Source: an uncultured Gammaproteobacteria bacterium
GTDB taxonomy: Bacteria > Patescibacteriota > Microgenomatia > Levybacterales > GWA1-39-11
Reading direction: 5' to 3'
DNA length: 64,000 bases
Assembly: GCA_964651815.1 (NCBI GenBank)
Contig: CAZYWG010000001.1
Coordinates: 129,189 to 193,188, forward strand
The notes beneath the pieces were generated by a model, which saw nothing but the letters and a program-made list of their open reading frames with translations, made no database searches and was not told where the DNA came from. A program made the position numbers and the translations under genes. This document shows, piece by piece, positions 44,515 to 54,929 of this stretch; position 1 is the stretch's first letter, and each line of letters opens with the position of its first letter.

Positions 44515-45351
44515 TCAATTTTCTCCGCAGATAAGACTAGCGGATTTTTTAATTTCGGCAACTCTTTGTTTATCTATCATGTATTTGGTAACAAATTCAT
44601 CTTCGGGAATTTTTATAAGATCTGAGGCGAGCACAATATCATTGTCTATCAATCTCCTTTTTTCTTCGGTTGTCAGATCTGTCATTATCGTCACAGGGTA
44701 CATTTTTGGCCTCTCAACAAAGTCTTGAAGACTTTCATTATCCGGATAATTCCACGCAAGAGTCTTTATTCCTTTACACTCGGCATATGTAATTGCATCA
44801 ACCGTAAGCTTTGTATTTGTTGCCACCCACACGGCCTCTATCTTGTTTCTTTCCTTAATATCAAGGAATCTGGCATAAGTATAAAGCAAAACTTGCACAT
44901 CTGTTTTTCCAAAACTTTGATTGTGGAATTTTGCCTCAATTATTTCCCTCTTCCCATTTTTCTCAAGTAAAACATCTATCTCATGAGAAACACATTCACC
45001 TTGCATTATAAGATCAACCTGAGTTTTATATCCTTGACTCTCAAAAATTCTTGCTAAATATTGCTCGAATGGAAAACCGGTTGGTCCAAGTTCAAAAATT
45101 CCCTGGCGTAGATTAAAACGCAAAGCGCTTTTTCTATCTTTATGGACCAAAAATTCCCTGATGTGATAAAAAATCTCATCAGTTGTAATTGTATTATCCG
45201 TTTGGACCCGTTCTTTAATGTGCTCAAGGACGCGGTCAAAAAGCTCTTTTGGAACTCCACTTCTTTCCATGGAGCGAATAACGCGCATATCATCAAACAC
45301 AACCTGCTCTCCATCTCGCTTTATAACGGTTATTGGGGACTGGGCAGTCAT
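44515..45351 (-). CDS. ATP-cone domain fused to an Mrr-type (PD-(D/E)xK) restriction-endonuclease-like domain
   Basis: N-terminal ATP-cone ITVIKRDGEQVVFDDMRVIRSM. C-terminal Mrr_cat-like YLARIFESQGY...HEIDVLLEKNGKREIIEAKFHN with a D...E.K catalytic pattern. Confidence 0.6.
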   Translation of the reverse strand: MTAQSPITVIKRDGEQVVFDDMRVIRSMERSGVPKELFDRVLEHIKERVQTDNTITTDEIFYHIREFLVHKDRKSALRFNLRQGIFELGPTGFPFEQYLARIFESQGYKTQVDLIMQGECVSHEIDVLLEKNGKREIIEAKFHNQSFGKTDVQVLLYTYARFLDIKERNKIEAVWVATNTKLTVDAITYAECKGIKTLAWNYPDNESLQDFVERPKMYPVTIMTDLTTEEKRRLIDNDIVLASDLIKIPEDEFVTKYMIDKQRVAEIKKSASLICGEN

Positions 45352-45414
45352 ATATTGTATATTATGCCAATTTTCTTAATTAAAAGGAAGGATTTTCAAG
45401 TATCCGATCTATTC

Positions 45415-47223
45415 TTAAAAGCTGGAAAGTAATGCTTGGATATCAGTGTTTAGAATTAGATACGCACTTTCATTAACATGTTTTCCTCGCTGCGCGCCTA
45501 AATCATTTAACAATGCGCTCAACACATTCTTTTGGGAAGTTTTATCTTTTGATGCACTCTGAACTTTTGAAAGTAAATCTTTACAAATCCCAGAATTATC
45601 TATACTCCCGTTATTACAAAGAGTATTTATATCATTAATAAGACTATTAAAGGTAATCAATTTGGTAATTGAATCATTTTGTGAGTTGTTATGGTTAAAG
45701 TTAATGACATAAATATCACTGTTTGTGTTAATTAAATTCCCAAAAAAGTCTCCTGTTACATCTTGGGCGGTGTTATCAAAAAGGTCAGATTCAAGGTGGT
45801 AGCTTTGATTTGTAGGGGAAGAAATAGTTACATAATATTTGCCACTTGATGGCTTTTTGATATAGTAGATCTTAACTGGGTCTCCACTCGCCACTCCTTC
45901 TGGATCGTCTATTAATGGTTGCTCCATAACTACTCCACCAACAGGAAGGAAGTTTTGATCTGTTACAAAAATATTCACAGAAGGATTAACATACAGCTCA
46001 ATCAGCGATCCGTCGGAATTTGCTGGTGCAAAATGTTTTATTGAAGAAAAAACACCACCATAATCTGTCAAAGTTGTTTTGTTATAAAAGGGATCGTTTA
46101 TAGAAAATGTTGCACTAGTAGTACCGGTTGTAATTACAAAATGGCCACTGTTATTGACCCCAAGTATGTCTGGCTGATGATTTTGTATATCTGTAGTTAA
46201 CTGGGTGTTTGTTGCAGCCGCGAGTGGATCAAACTCTAAAAGATCGTAATGAAAATTAGGATTTGCTGATCGAGCAAGATGTGATAGTTTTGAAATTGCA
46301 CCCCAATTGACATATCCATTCTCAATGTAAGACTTTGAATTTGTCTCAAACCAACTATTTAAAGTTCCAGGGTTTAAGTCTGTTCCATCTGGGAGGTGTG
46401 TGATTCCATAGTATCTTAATAGCATTACGGATGAAGTTAGCGCACATCCCCATCTTGAAATATCTGTTGCTTGTGGAGGAGTCAAGGTTGGCGCCCAAAG
46501 ATTTGCAGAATCATAAAGTTGCCCACCCCAAGCATTATCTGTTTGCTTAAGAAGCGGGACACTAAGATTAACAGAATTACCGTCAATGGTACTAACAACA
46601 ATATTGTCAAAATGAGTTTCACTTGAAGAATCACCACCTACACCCGCTCTCAATCCTATTGTACCTAAAGGCAAAGGTGATGATAAATATATCTCCCTAA
46701 CAAGCAAATTATTTATAAAAACCTTTATATCATCAACATTTACAATAATCTTAACATGATAAGTGCTACCATTTTGATAGTTTTGAGGTACGTTCACTAA
46801 TATCTGGTCTATTGGACCTCCAATTGCGAAATCTCCAGGTGATTGGAAGTGAACTTCGTACAAGGTTAAGGAATTTGGCTCAATTATGTAAGGAAGGTTG
46901 TGATCTGTCCCATTTACAAATTTCATATCCAGTTCTATTTCATATTTGTTTAGAGGAGTAGTCCATTCGGATGGTTTAGGGATTATATTACTTGCACAAC
47001 TAGGTTCGTTTTGAATTTTCATCACAACTTCACCATTCTCTACTACCCATTGAGCACTACATGTAGGTGGAAAATTAAACGGTATCCAGCGAGATGGAAA
47101 TGAATCATTAGGATAAGAATCAAAATTGTCTTGAAATATCGTTGAGGCAAAAATATGTTTCGTAAAAATCGGCGAAAGAAAAAAACACAGCAAAACTAAT
47201 AGGGCAAGATATAGTCTTTTCAT
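45415..47223 (-). CDS. Secreted multidomain protein: signal peptide, LamG/ConA-like domain and a C39-like papain-fold cysteine peptidase domain
   Basis: Signal peptide MKRLYLALLVLLCFFLSPIFTKHIFAST. DNFDSY...HFDNIVV is a LamG_3-like signature. VPLLKQTDNAWGGQLYD...RWGCALTSSVMLLRYYG is Peptidase_C39_2-like with a candidate catalytic Cys. Confidence 0.45.
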   Translation of the reverse strand: MKRLYLALLVLLCFFLSPIFTKHIFASTIFQDNFDSYPNDSFPSRWIPFNFPPTCSAQWVVENGEVVMKIQNEPSCASNIIPKPSEWTTPLNKYEIELDMKFVNGTDHNLPYIIEPNSLTLYEVHFQSPGDFAIGGPIDQILVNVPQNYQNGSTYHVKIIVNVDDIKVFINNLLVREIYLSSPLPLGTIGLRAGVGGDSSSETHFDNIVVSTIDGNSVNLSVPLLKQTDNAWGGQLYDSANLWAPTLTPPQATDISRWGCALTSSVMLLRYYGITHLPDGTDLNPGTLNSWFETNSKSYIENGYVNWGAISKLSHLARSANPNFHYDLLEFDPLAAATNTQLTTDIQNHQPDILGVNNSGHFVITTGTTSATFSINDPFYNKTTLTDYGGVFSSIKHFAPANSDGSLIELYVNPSVNIFVTDQNFLPVGGVVMEQPLIDDPEGVASGDPVKIYYIKKPSSGKYYVTISSPTNQSYHLESDLFDNTAQDVTGDFFGNLINTNSDIYVINFNHNNSQNDSITKLITFNSLINDINTLCNNGSIDNSGICKDLLSKVQSASKDKTSQKNVLSALLNDLGAQRGKHVNESAYLILNTDIQALLSSF

Positions 47224-47294
47224 TTATTAATGTGTATAATCTCAATAATAAGTTATTATTTTAAAGCAATTCAATATCCATTTAGTGCATAGGA

Positions 47295-48098
47295 ATGAGT
47301 AAATCTATATCAATAATTTACGTCTACTATAACACCCCACATGAAATATTAGACTCCATTAATTCACTTAGGAGTGCTGCTTCCAATTATGAGGTTATAA
47401 TTGTCAACAACAAATCAACTAGACCTCTCCCAGAAGAAATAAAGAAAAAAAAACACCTGAAGATAATTGACAACATTGAAAACGTGGGTTTTGGGAAGGC
47501 TGCGAATCAGGCAGTTAAACTTGCCCGCGGAACATATGTGATGATTTTAAACCCTGATACTGTATGCTATACAAAATCAATTGATCTTATGGTAGCAAGG
47601 ATGCAACTAGATAAAACAATTGGGGTATTGGGTCCACAACAAGTTAATAAACAGGGCGAAATTTTACATAGCATTGGTTCTATGCCAATGCTTCCAGATG
47701 CAATCTTTGTTTTTTCTTTTTTGAGGAAAATTTGGCCAAAAAATCCATACAAAGAAAAATTTTGGGCAAAAGGAATAGATAGAACTAAAGAGCAAGAGAC
47801 AGAAACCATAGGTGGTGCGTGTATGCTATTCCCAAAAAAAATATTTGATGCAGTTGGTGGTTTCGACGAAAGATTCTTTATGTATTTTGAGGAGGCAGAT
47901 ATTTGCTTGCGAATAAAAAAACTCGGATACAAAATTTTTTATTATCCCAAAGCAAAAATAATGCACTTAGTTGGTAAGAGTACTTCAGATAAAGATTGGA
48001 TTAAAAAAACGTTTGAAAAAAGCAGGTACGAATTTTTTAAAAAATATTATCCTTTTCCTACTGCATTACTTAGTGAATTATTTCTTCGGTTATTCTAA
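47295..48098 (+). CDS. Family-2 glycosyltransferase
   Basis: SIIYVYYNTPHEILDSINSL...YEVIIVNNKST is a GT2 N-terminal signature, and there is a DxD region. Confidence 0.8.
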   Translation: MSKSISIIYVYYNTPHEILDSINSLRSAASNYEVIIVNNKSTRPLPEEIKKKKHLKIIDNIENVGFGKAANQAVKLARGTYVMILNPDTVCYTKSIDLMVARMQLDKTIGVLGPQQVNKQGEILHSIGSMPMLPDAIFVFSFLRKIWPKNPYKEKFWAKGIDRTKEQETETIGGACMLFPKKIFDAVGGFDERFFMYFEEADICLRIKKLGYKIFYYPKAKIMHLVGKSTSDKDWIKKTFEKSRYEFFKKYYPFPTALLSELFLRLF

Positions 48099-48169
48099 CT
48101 TCATTATTATTGCGCGGAAAATATAGTCTTCTTCATACGCTGTAAAAATTACTAATTGATTGTGTGATT

Positions 48170-48841
48170 TCAGATTTCCTTTGTAGACTTCTTAAGTCTA
48201 TATATTCCATGTTTTGCACAAATAGGAAAATTAAATGGTGTAGCATTTATATACTGTATAGTCATGTCTTCCAATCTTAATCCGGGTAAACTTTCAACCA
48301 ACTTTAACATATCTTTTTTTGTCCTAACGTACTTTCCTTGCTCGAGTATTTTATAATAATGCATAAATTTTGGGTCATTTTTCTCTGGCAATAATGGTTC
48401 AACTACAACTAAGATTCCATTTTTAGACAATATTTTAGCAGCAGCGATTGATAATTTAATTGCCATACTGTTATCTATATGATGGATTACACCTGCAAAA
48501 AGTATATAATCAAATTTTTTTGTGGTTTTTTTCACAAAATCCCTTAAATCACTTGCAATAAAATTGAAATTGTTTTTTTCCTTAAAGGCATTCTTCGCAT
48601 ATTTTATTGCAGCATTATCTAAATCTATTCCAGTATAGTTAATGTTTTTATTTTTTAAAAAAGCCTTTGCAGTAATACCTGTTGAACAGCCAATTTCTAA
48701 AATATTTGTTTGATTTCCATAATAGACTTTACATAATTTCCTTTTATCAACTGCCCCTCCCGCAAAATATTGAAATAAAGTCCATAGGCGCGGGAAATTT
48801 GCTTGTGAAAGAAATGGGTTGGAATTTTTTTTTGTTGACAT
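48170..48841 (-). CDS. Class I SAM-dependent methyltransferase
   Basis: SAM motif I ILEIGCSTGITA. Confidence 0.75.
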   Translation of the reverse strand: MSTKKNSNPFLSQANFPRLWTLFQYFAGGAVDKRKLCKVYYGNQTNILEIGCSTGITAKAFLKNKNINYTGIDLDNAAIKYAKNAFKEKNNFNFIASDLRDFVKKTTKKFDYILFAGVIHHIDNSMAIKLSIAAAKILSKNGILVVVEPLLPEKNDPKFMHYYKILEQGKYVRTKKDMLKLVESLPGLRLEDMTIQYINATPFNFPICAKHGIYRLKKSTKEI

Positions 48842-48888
48842 TCTACTTATTTAAAGTATTTCTTATCCAGTCATATCAAAAACTATGA

Positions 48889-49671
48889 TTAAAACTTTGT
48901 TTTTAAATTACCCGTTTTTTTTAATTGGTTTTTCTCATAATACAAAAGGACATCACCACAATAGAACATGGAAACAAAAGGAAGTCTCTCAAAAAAAGGT
49001 TGCACCGTCTGTAAAAACTGAGCAAATTTTTTGTTACAAAAATATGGAATAATTACACAATAGTTTTGCTTTTTAACGAAAAAACCATTTTTTTTAAACC
49101 ATTTATTTATCAGTGGAGGAAAGTAAGATTTCTCTTCATGTTCTATGTGATAAGGCGATACTTTTTCAATTACCTTTAGGATTGGGTTATATCCGTTACA
49201 TTCCAAAACAACTACTTTATCCACAACCTTGGTAACACTTTCAATTGCTTTTTTTGGTTCATAAAGATGATGCAATACGCCTCTTATGATAGCTACGTCA
49301 AATTCTCCTTTTTTTATTTTTTTATCGATATCATATATACTTGCTTGGAAAAATTTTATTTTCCTGAGTTTTCCTTTCTTTACCTTCTCCTGAGCAAACT
49401 TAATCCCCATTTTTGAATTATCAAATCCTACTATTTTTTTGGGGCTAACTTTTTTTAACAATTCTAAAGTAAATGTTCCATCTCCACACCCAACATCTAA
49501 TATTTTTTTATTACGCCCGATTTTTAAAAGAATTGTGTTGACAATTTCATCTGTTTGCCTTTTTGTTGCAAGTCTCGCTGAAAGCCGACGAATATCTGTG
49601 TATATATACCTTCCTGTTTTTGCAACATCTTTGTTATAAACGCTTATAACCTTTTCTTTTTTTATTCTCAT
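48889..49671 (-). CDS. Class I SAM-dependent methyltransferase
   Basis: SAM motif I ILDVGCGDGTFT. Confidence 0.75.
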   Translation of the reverse strand: MRIKKEKVISVYNKDVAKTGRYIYTDIRRLSARLATKRQTDEIVNTILLKIGRNKKILDVGCGDGTFTLELLKKVSPKKIVGFDNSKMGIKFAQEKVKKGKLRKIKFFQASIYDIDKKIKKGEFDVAIIRGVLHHLYEPKKAIESVTKVVDKVVVLECNGYNPILKVIEKVSPYHIEHEEKSYFPPLINKWFKKNGFFVKKQNYCVIIPYFCNKKFAQFLQTVQPFFERLPFVSMFYCGDVLLYYEKNQLKKTGNLKTKF

Positions 49672-49677
49672 AAATCC

Positions 49678-51381
49678 CTATTTTTCAATAAGCCAATTTT
49701 CAAGTAGTAAGCCGTCTAAACCACTATGCGTAAATGTCCAATACGCAGTTTGCAAAGTCCCACACAGCGGATACCCATGAATATTAAATGAGGTGTTTAA
49801 TAACCCACCAACACCCGTAATTTTTTTAAATTCCTTCAAAATACTCTCAAGACCCGGATTCCATTCGTTAACAGTTTGAGGTCTTGTTGTTAAATCAAAG
49901 GGATGAAGTCCTGCAATAATATCTTTTGCCTGTTCGGTTGTATCAAAAGCCTCAATCATATACGGTGAGAATCTGCTTTTTTTAACATATTTTGGCTGAT
50001 CCCCCTCTAGAATTGCTGGGGCAAACGGCATCCAGAAATCTCTTTGCTTAATCGCAACATTAATTTTTCTGATTATACTCAGATTTCTTGGGTCGGCTAA
50101 AATACTCCTATTTCCAAGAGCTCGGGGACCAAATTCATCTCTTCCAGCAAATCGCGCAATGACTTTTCCATTTTTAAGATATGATGAAACTTCTTTCGCA
50201 GACACTTTTCGCGGCTTTTTTTTTAATTTTTTAGATGAAATAAAATCTGTAATTTCTTCTTCGGTATATTGATGGCCATAATAAAGGCTGTCTATTATTG
50301 TTTTTTTTGCAGTTAATTTGTTCTTTTCACAATATCTATAATATCCCTCTAAAGCCACTCCTACTGGAGCTCCACCATCTTCTGCTGCTGGATATACAAA
50401 AAAACTTTCAACCTCTGGAAGTTCACGAATAAGCTTATTGGTTTTAACATTTAAAAAGGACCCTCCTGCACAAACTATTTTATGAATTTTAGTTTCTTTA
50501 ATTGCGTTTTTTACCCAATTCACAACTAGTTCTTGAAAATATTCTTGAGTTGCTGCGGCAATGTTGTCAAAACGCTTACCACGAAGCATTTTTTGATAAA
50601 CCTTTTGCATTTTTTTTAAATAGTGACCAGATATATTTTCAAACTCAAGTGGATTACCTGGATTAATTCGCACAACATTCCTTAAATCATCAATTATACC
50701 GGTTGATTTACCGTATGGTGCAAGACCCATTACTTTATATTCGTGTTCCCACCTTTTCATACCAAGATATGCTGTGATTTCAGAATATAGATTATTGCCG
50801 ATACTGTCATAATAACTTGTCTCAGCTATTCGCTTCATATTAAATTGGCTACCTATACTCACTGTCGCTGAAATACTATCTCCCATTCCATCCAAAGTAA
50901 ATATCAGGGTTTTTTCACTCCATGGTCTTTGATAAAAAGCACATGCAGCATGGACAATATGATGTTCTATGAACTGAATTGGCTTTCCATACATACCTAG
51001 CATTTCTAACTGATTAATGAGCTCTTCTTTTTTTCGAAAGAGATGAAATAATGCAACAGCTGAGTGACTGAGCCATTTTTGGTGAAACCATGGTGAGAAA
51101 ATTTCCGCGAGCAAATGTACTGTATTTTTTTCTACCTTTACAGGGTTGTCGAGCCTTAGTAAACTTGCAATAGTAATAAGAGTCACGTCTCTAGGAGAAA
51201 TGCCAGAAATTTCAAACACTTTTTTAATTGCTAATTTTGGAACTCCTGAAAAGTTTTTTTCATTATTCAACCGTTCTTCGTTAATTGCAGCAATAACCTT
51301 TCCATCAACAACTAACGCTGCCCCGGCATTATGTCCGTCATGAATACCTAATATTACAATTTTATTCTGTGTCGTTTCCAT
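49678..51381 (-). CDS. Carbamoyltransferase of the NodU/CmcH/TobZ family (O-carbamoylation of a sugar or secondary metabolite)
   Basis: 567-aa protein. N-terminal Kae1/YgjD-like domain ILGIHDGHNAGAALVVDGKVIAAINEERLNNEK plus a C-terminal carbamoyltransferase domain. Confidence 0.8.
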   Translation of the reverse strand: METTQNKIVILGIHDGHNAGAALVVDGKVIAAINEERLNNEKNFSGVPKLAIKKVFEISGISPRDVTLITIASLLRLDNPVKVEKNTVHLLAEIFSPWFHQKWLSHSAVALFHLFRKKEELINQLEMLGMYGKPIQFIEHHIVHAACAFYQRPWSEKTLIFTLDGMGDSISATVSIGSQFNMKRIAETSYYDSIGNNLYSEITAYLGMKRWEHEYKVMGLAPYGKSTGIIDDLRNVVRINPGNPLEFENISGHYLKKMQKVYQKMLRGKRFDNIAAATQEYFQELVVNWVKNAIKETKIHKIVCAGGSFLNVKTNKLIRELPEVESFFVYPAAEDGGAPVGVALEGYYRYCEKNKLTAKKTIIDSLYYGHQYTEEEITDFISSKKLKKKPRKVSAKEVSSYLKNGKVIARFAGRDEFGPRALGNRSILADPRNLSIIRKINVAIKQRDFWMPFAPAILEGDQPKYVKKSRFSPYMIEAFDTTEQAKDIIAGLHPFDLTTRPQTVNEWNPGLESILKEFKKITGVGGLLNTSFNIHGYPLCGTLQTAYWTFTHSGLDGLLLENWLIEK

Positions 51382-51683
51382 ATTATGCTAGTATTAATTT
51401 CTAAATCTAAAATATTGCAAGTGGAAAATGAAAATCCCAAAAAAAGCTTTATTTTTCCTGCTCGCTAATTGCTGAATTATATCACACGTTGCGTTCCTTA
51501 GAATAATTCAATAGTGTGATTGTTATGCATTAAATTGGAGAGGTTTAATACTTTGTTAACACCTCTGTCAACCATAAAATTTGGTAAAAAATTATTTAAG
51601 TGCTATCCACTAAAATACAATACGTTGACAATTATGCTATGTATGCTAGTATCAAATTTAAATCATGAAAATAAAACCTCCAA

Positions 51684-53030
51684 ATGTATAATTTTTTCAA
51701 AAAAAATTGGATTTATTTTTCCACAGGATTCATCCTTCTAATTGCTAATTCGTTACTTTTTATTCTCTCAAAACCGGCTGTTGCAATGGAGCTTTTTTAT
51801 TATCCTTGGCTAATTGAAAAAGGCCTCCTCATATACAGGGATTTTTACCATGACCACGGTCCATTACTTAGCTATCTTCTTGCTCCTTTAACTTTAGATA
51901 AATCATTACTTACACTTAAAATGTTTTATATTTTGGTACAAGACGTTAACCTAGCGCTTGTTTTAATCATAATAAAAAGATTTTCTAAGTTTTCGGGTTT
52001 TATTGTTGGAGGGATAGTTTTTATATTGTTAAATTTTATCTTCTCGTACATGTATTTTTGGGACGAGCAGCTAATTGCAACATTTTTTTTGTTAATTTTT
52101 TATGTCCTTAGCATTAAAGATTTTCCATTAAAAACAGCAGTCCTTGGCGTTCTGATTGGACTTTTAGCCTTAATAAAGCCTAACGTAGTGATTATCACAA
52201 TTCCTGTATTTTTTTTATATAAAAGGAAATCTTTCTTATTTTATACAATTTTGGTTTGGTTAATTGCCACGTTATTTTTTTTAGTTCAACATGCGGTTCC
52301 TAATATTATTGATAACGTCATTTTATATAACATCTTTTATCAAAACTTCTCCAGAAACAGCTATCCTTATCTCGAAACCCTTAAAAACCTACAATTTTTC
52401 CTAAACTTTCTCCTTGTCATTTCCATTTTTGCGGTCTTTAACATAAATAAAAAAAACATTAATGTCAGATTGCTCATTTTCATGTTGGTATCGTTAGTCA
52501 CAATATACCCAGAGTTGGGCTATATGCGTTTTGTCCCTTTTGGGGGATTTTTTGCTATTTTTATAGCTTATTTATTTACTATTACTAATAAGAAATTATT
52601 TTTTCTAGCTGTATTGATTTTATACATGGTTGGTTTTTCTTTACAAATAAAAAGCATAATAAAAACCCATCAACATTTAATATCAGTGACTGAAGGTAGT
52701 AGGAACCTGAAGATTGTAAGTTATCTAAAAACAAATAATCTCTATGAGAAAAATTTTTACATCATGAGCAATAATCCCGAAATATATTATATGCTTGACA
52801 GGCCGATTCAACTGTACTTTCCCTTAATGTACCCGAATCTTTCAAGCTACTATAAGAACTATCAACAAACATATATTAATGACTTAAACAGAAATAAAAC
52901 TTACACAGTAATAATTCCACAACCGCTAAGCGTAATTTATGCACAAGCCACTACTCTAATTGCTTTTGTAAAAACAAACTATAAACTTTCTTACAAAGAT
53001 AAAGATTTTTTAGTTTATACAAAAAGATAA
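51684..53030 (+). CDS. Polytopic membrane protein, GT-C-like (DUF2029/mannosyltransferase-like), function unknown
   Basis: 448-aa protein with about 11 or more TM helices and a small extracytoplasmic C-terminal domain. Confidence 0.4.
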   Translation: MYNFFKKNWIYFSTGFILLIANSLLFILSKPAVAMELFYYPWLIEKGLLIYRDFYHDHGPLLSYLLAPLTLDKSLLTLKMFYILVQDVNLALVLIIIKRFSKFSGFIVGGIVFILLNFIFSYMYFWDEQLIATFFLLIFYVLSIKDFPLKTAVLGVLIGLLALIKPNVVIITIPVFFLYKRKSFLFYTILVWLIATLFFLVQHAVPNIIDNVILYNIFYQNFSRNSYPYLETLKNLQFFLNFLLVISIFAVFNINKKNINVRLLIFMLVSLVTIYPELGYMRFVPFGGFFAIFIAYLFTITNKKLFFLAVLILYMVGFSLQIKSIIKTHQHLISVTEGSRNLKIVSYLKTNNLYEKNFYIMSNNPEIYYMLDRPIQLYFPLMYPNLSSYYKNYQQTYINDLNRNKTYTVIIPQPLSVIYAQATTLIAFVKTNYKLSYKDKDFLVYTKR

Positions 53031-53236
53031 ATTGATTAGGTGATAAATTATTCTACCTCATAAATGCGAGTTTTATTGGTGAAACTTTATTTAGCTTCAA
53101 ATTTACCATATAAATATCTGTAATTAACTAGGAAAAGAATTGCATAAATTATGGCATTTAATTTTAGCGTAATTTCCTTTCTTAAATAGTTGTTTAAGTG
53201 TTGTTGCAACCCTAAGCGCTTGCTATAATTGCGGGA

Positions 53237-54184
53237 ATGCAAACTAAAAACGTTTTTGTGACTGGTGGGACCGGATTTATTGGAGCAAACCTTATATACA
53301 GGTTGATTGGAAAAGGATTTACCATACATCTTCTCGTAAGAAAAGAAACAAATTTTTGGAGATTAAAAAAAATTCAAAATAAAATTCACACCCATTTTGT
53401 CGATCCTTTAGAACTGGGTGCTTTATCATCAACATTGAAAAAAATAAATCCAAATGCAATTTTTAATTTAGCGGCATACGGTGGATCATCATCAGAAACA
53501 GATATTCAGGAAACAATTCAAGCGAATATAAATATCACAGCAAATTTGCTGCTCGCTAGTCAAAACATCCCTTATAAAATTTTTGTGAATACCGGGTCGT
53601 CTTCAGAATACGGTTTTAAAAAAAATGCAATGAATGAAAATGATGCGCTTTCACCTAGCAGTTTTTACGCAGCAACAAAAGCTGGCGCAACATATTTATG
53701 TCAAGTTTTTTCAAAACAATATAAAAAACCAATCGTCACACTTCGTCCCTTCTCTGTTTACGGACCTTACGAGTCAAAAAACCGTTTTATCCCTACAATT
53801 GTTCAAAATCTTATCAACAAAAAAGACATAAATGTTACAAAAAGCCCATCACGACGAGATTTTATTTATATTGATGATATAATCGATGCGTATATTAAAA
53901 CTTATCAACTCGGCAAAAAATTAGGCGGTGAAATTTTCAATCTTGGGACAGGAAAAGAATATTCAAATCAAGAAGTGATAGAACAACTTTTTAAAGTATC
54001 AAAGAAAAAAGTTGCGGTAAATCATGGCGCATATGCAGAACGTTCCTGGGACACTCTCCACTGGAAAGCAGATATTTCAAAAGCCAAAAAAGGGCTTGAC
54101 TGGAAACCTAAATATACACTTGCACAAGGTCTAAAAAAAACGTTTAGATGGTTTTCTGAAAATTCAACTCTGTATGAAAATTAA
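53237..54184 (+). CDS. NAD-dependent sugar-nucleotide epimerase/dehydratase (SDR)
   Basis: VFVTGGTGFIGANL (GxxGxxG). YAATKAGA contains the YxxxK catalytic dyad. Confidence 0.85.
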   Translation: MQTKNVFVTGGTGFIGANLIYRLIGKGFTIHLLVRKETNFWRLKKIQNKIHTHFVDPLELGALSSTLKKINPNAIFNLAAYGGSSSETDIQETIQANINITANLLLASQNIPYKIFVNTGSSSEYGFKKNAMNENDALSPSSFYAATKAGATYLCQVFSKQYKKPIVTLRPFSVYGPYESKNRFIPTIVQNLINKKDINVTKSPSRRDFIYIDDIIDAYIKTYQLGKKLGGEIFNLGTGKEYSNQEVIEQLFKVSKKKVAVNHGAYAERSWDTLHWKADISKAKKGLDWKPKYTLAQGLKKTFRWFSENSTLYEN

Positions 54185-54929
54185 CAGAACATCAAAATCA
54201 TTTGAAAAATTTATTAAAAAGCTTTCCACCGAGCAAAAAAAATTAAGAATTAGAATCCTTGAAATTTCTAACGCTGCACAAATTAGCCATATTGGTTCTT
54301 GTTTTTCTTGTGTAGATATAATTGCAGCGATTTATAAAGTGAAAAAACCGGTAGATAAATTTGTATTGAGCAGCGGGCACGCCGGCGTTGCGTTATATTC
54401 GGTCCTTGAAAAAAAAGGGATGATGAAATCTCCCAGTATCGGAAATCTTCACATACACCCTGACAGGAACATCAAAAATGGAATTTACGTCTCAACGGGA
54501 AGCCTAGGACAAGGCTTACCAATTGCCGTTGGGTTTGCACTTGCCAATAGAAATGAGAATGTTTATTGTGTGGTTTCTGATGGGGAGTGTTTTGAGGGAA
54601 GTATTTGGGAGTCAATAAATATTGCATCAAGTCAAAGACTTGGAAATTTAAAAATAGTCGTTAACGCGAATGGTTTTGGGGCTTATGGGAAAACAGATGT
54701 AAACAAACTCGCTCCTAAGTTTATTGCTTTTGGAGCACGTGTTACAACTCTAGACGGACATGATGTCAAAAAAATTTCTAGTGCACTTTCCAAAAAGATA
54801 AAAAATAAACCAGTTGTCATTATTGCAAAAACTACTGTTGAGCAACTTCCTTTTTTACAAGGGCAGGATGCACATTATAAAATAATGATAGCAGAAGAAT
54901 TTAAGCTTGCCCGAGAAATCTTAAAATGA
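54174..54929 (+). CDS. Split transketolase, N-terminal (ThDP/PP-domain) subunit
   Basis: GH...ThDP-binding GDG...N motif (VVSDGECFEGSIWE...VVNANG). Confidence 0.8.
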   Translation: MKINRTSKSFEKFIKKLSTEQKKLRIRILEISNAAQISHIGSCFSCVDIIAAIYKVKKPVDKFVLSSGHAGVALYSVLEKKGMMKSPSIGNLHIHPDRNIKNGIYVSTGSLGQGLPIAVGFALANRNENVYCVVSDGECFEGSIWESINIASSQRLGNLKIVVNANGFGAYGKTDVNKLAPKFIAFGARVTTLDGHDVKKISSALSKKIKNKPVVIIAKTTVEQLPFLQGQDAHYKIMIAEEFKLAREILK

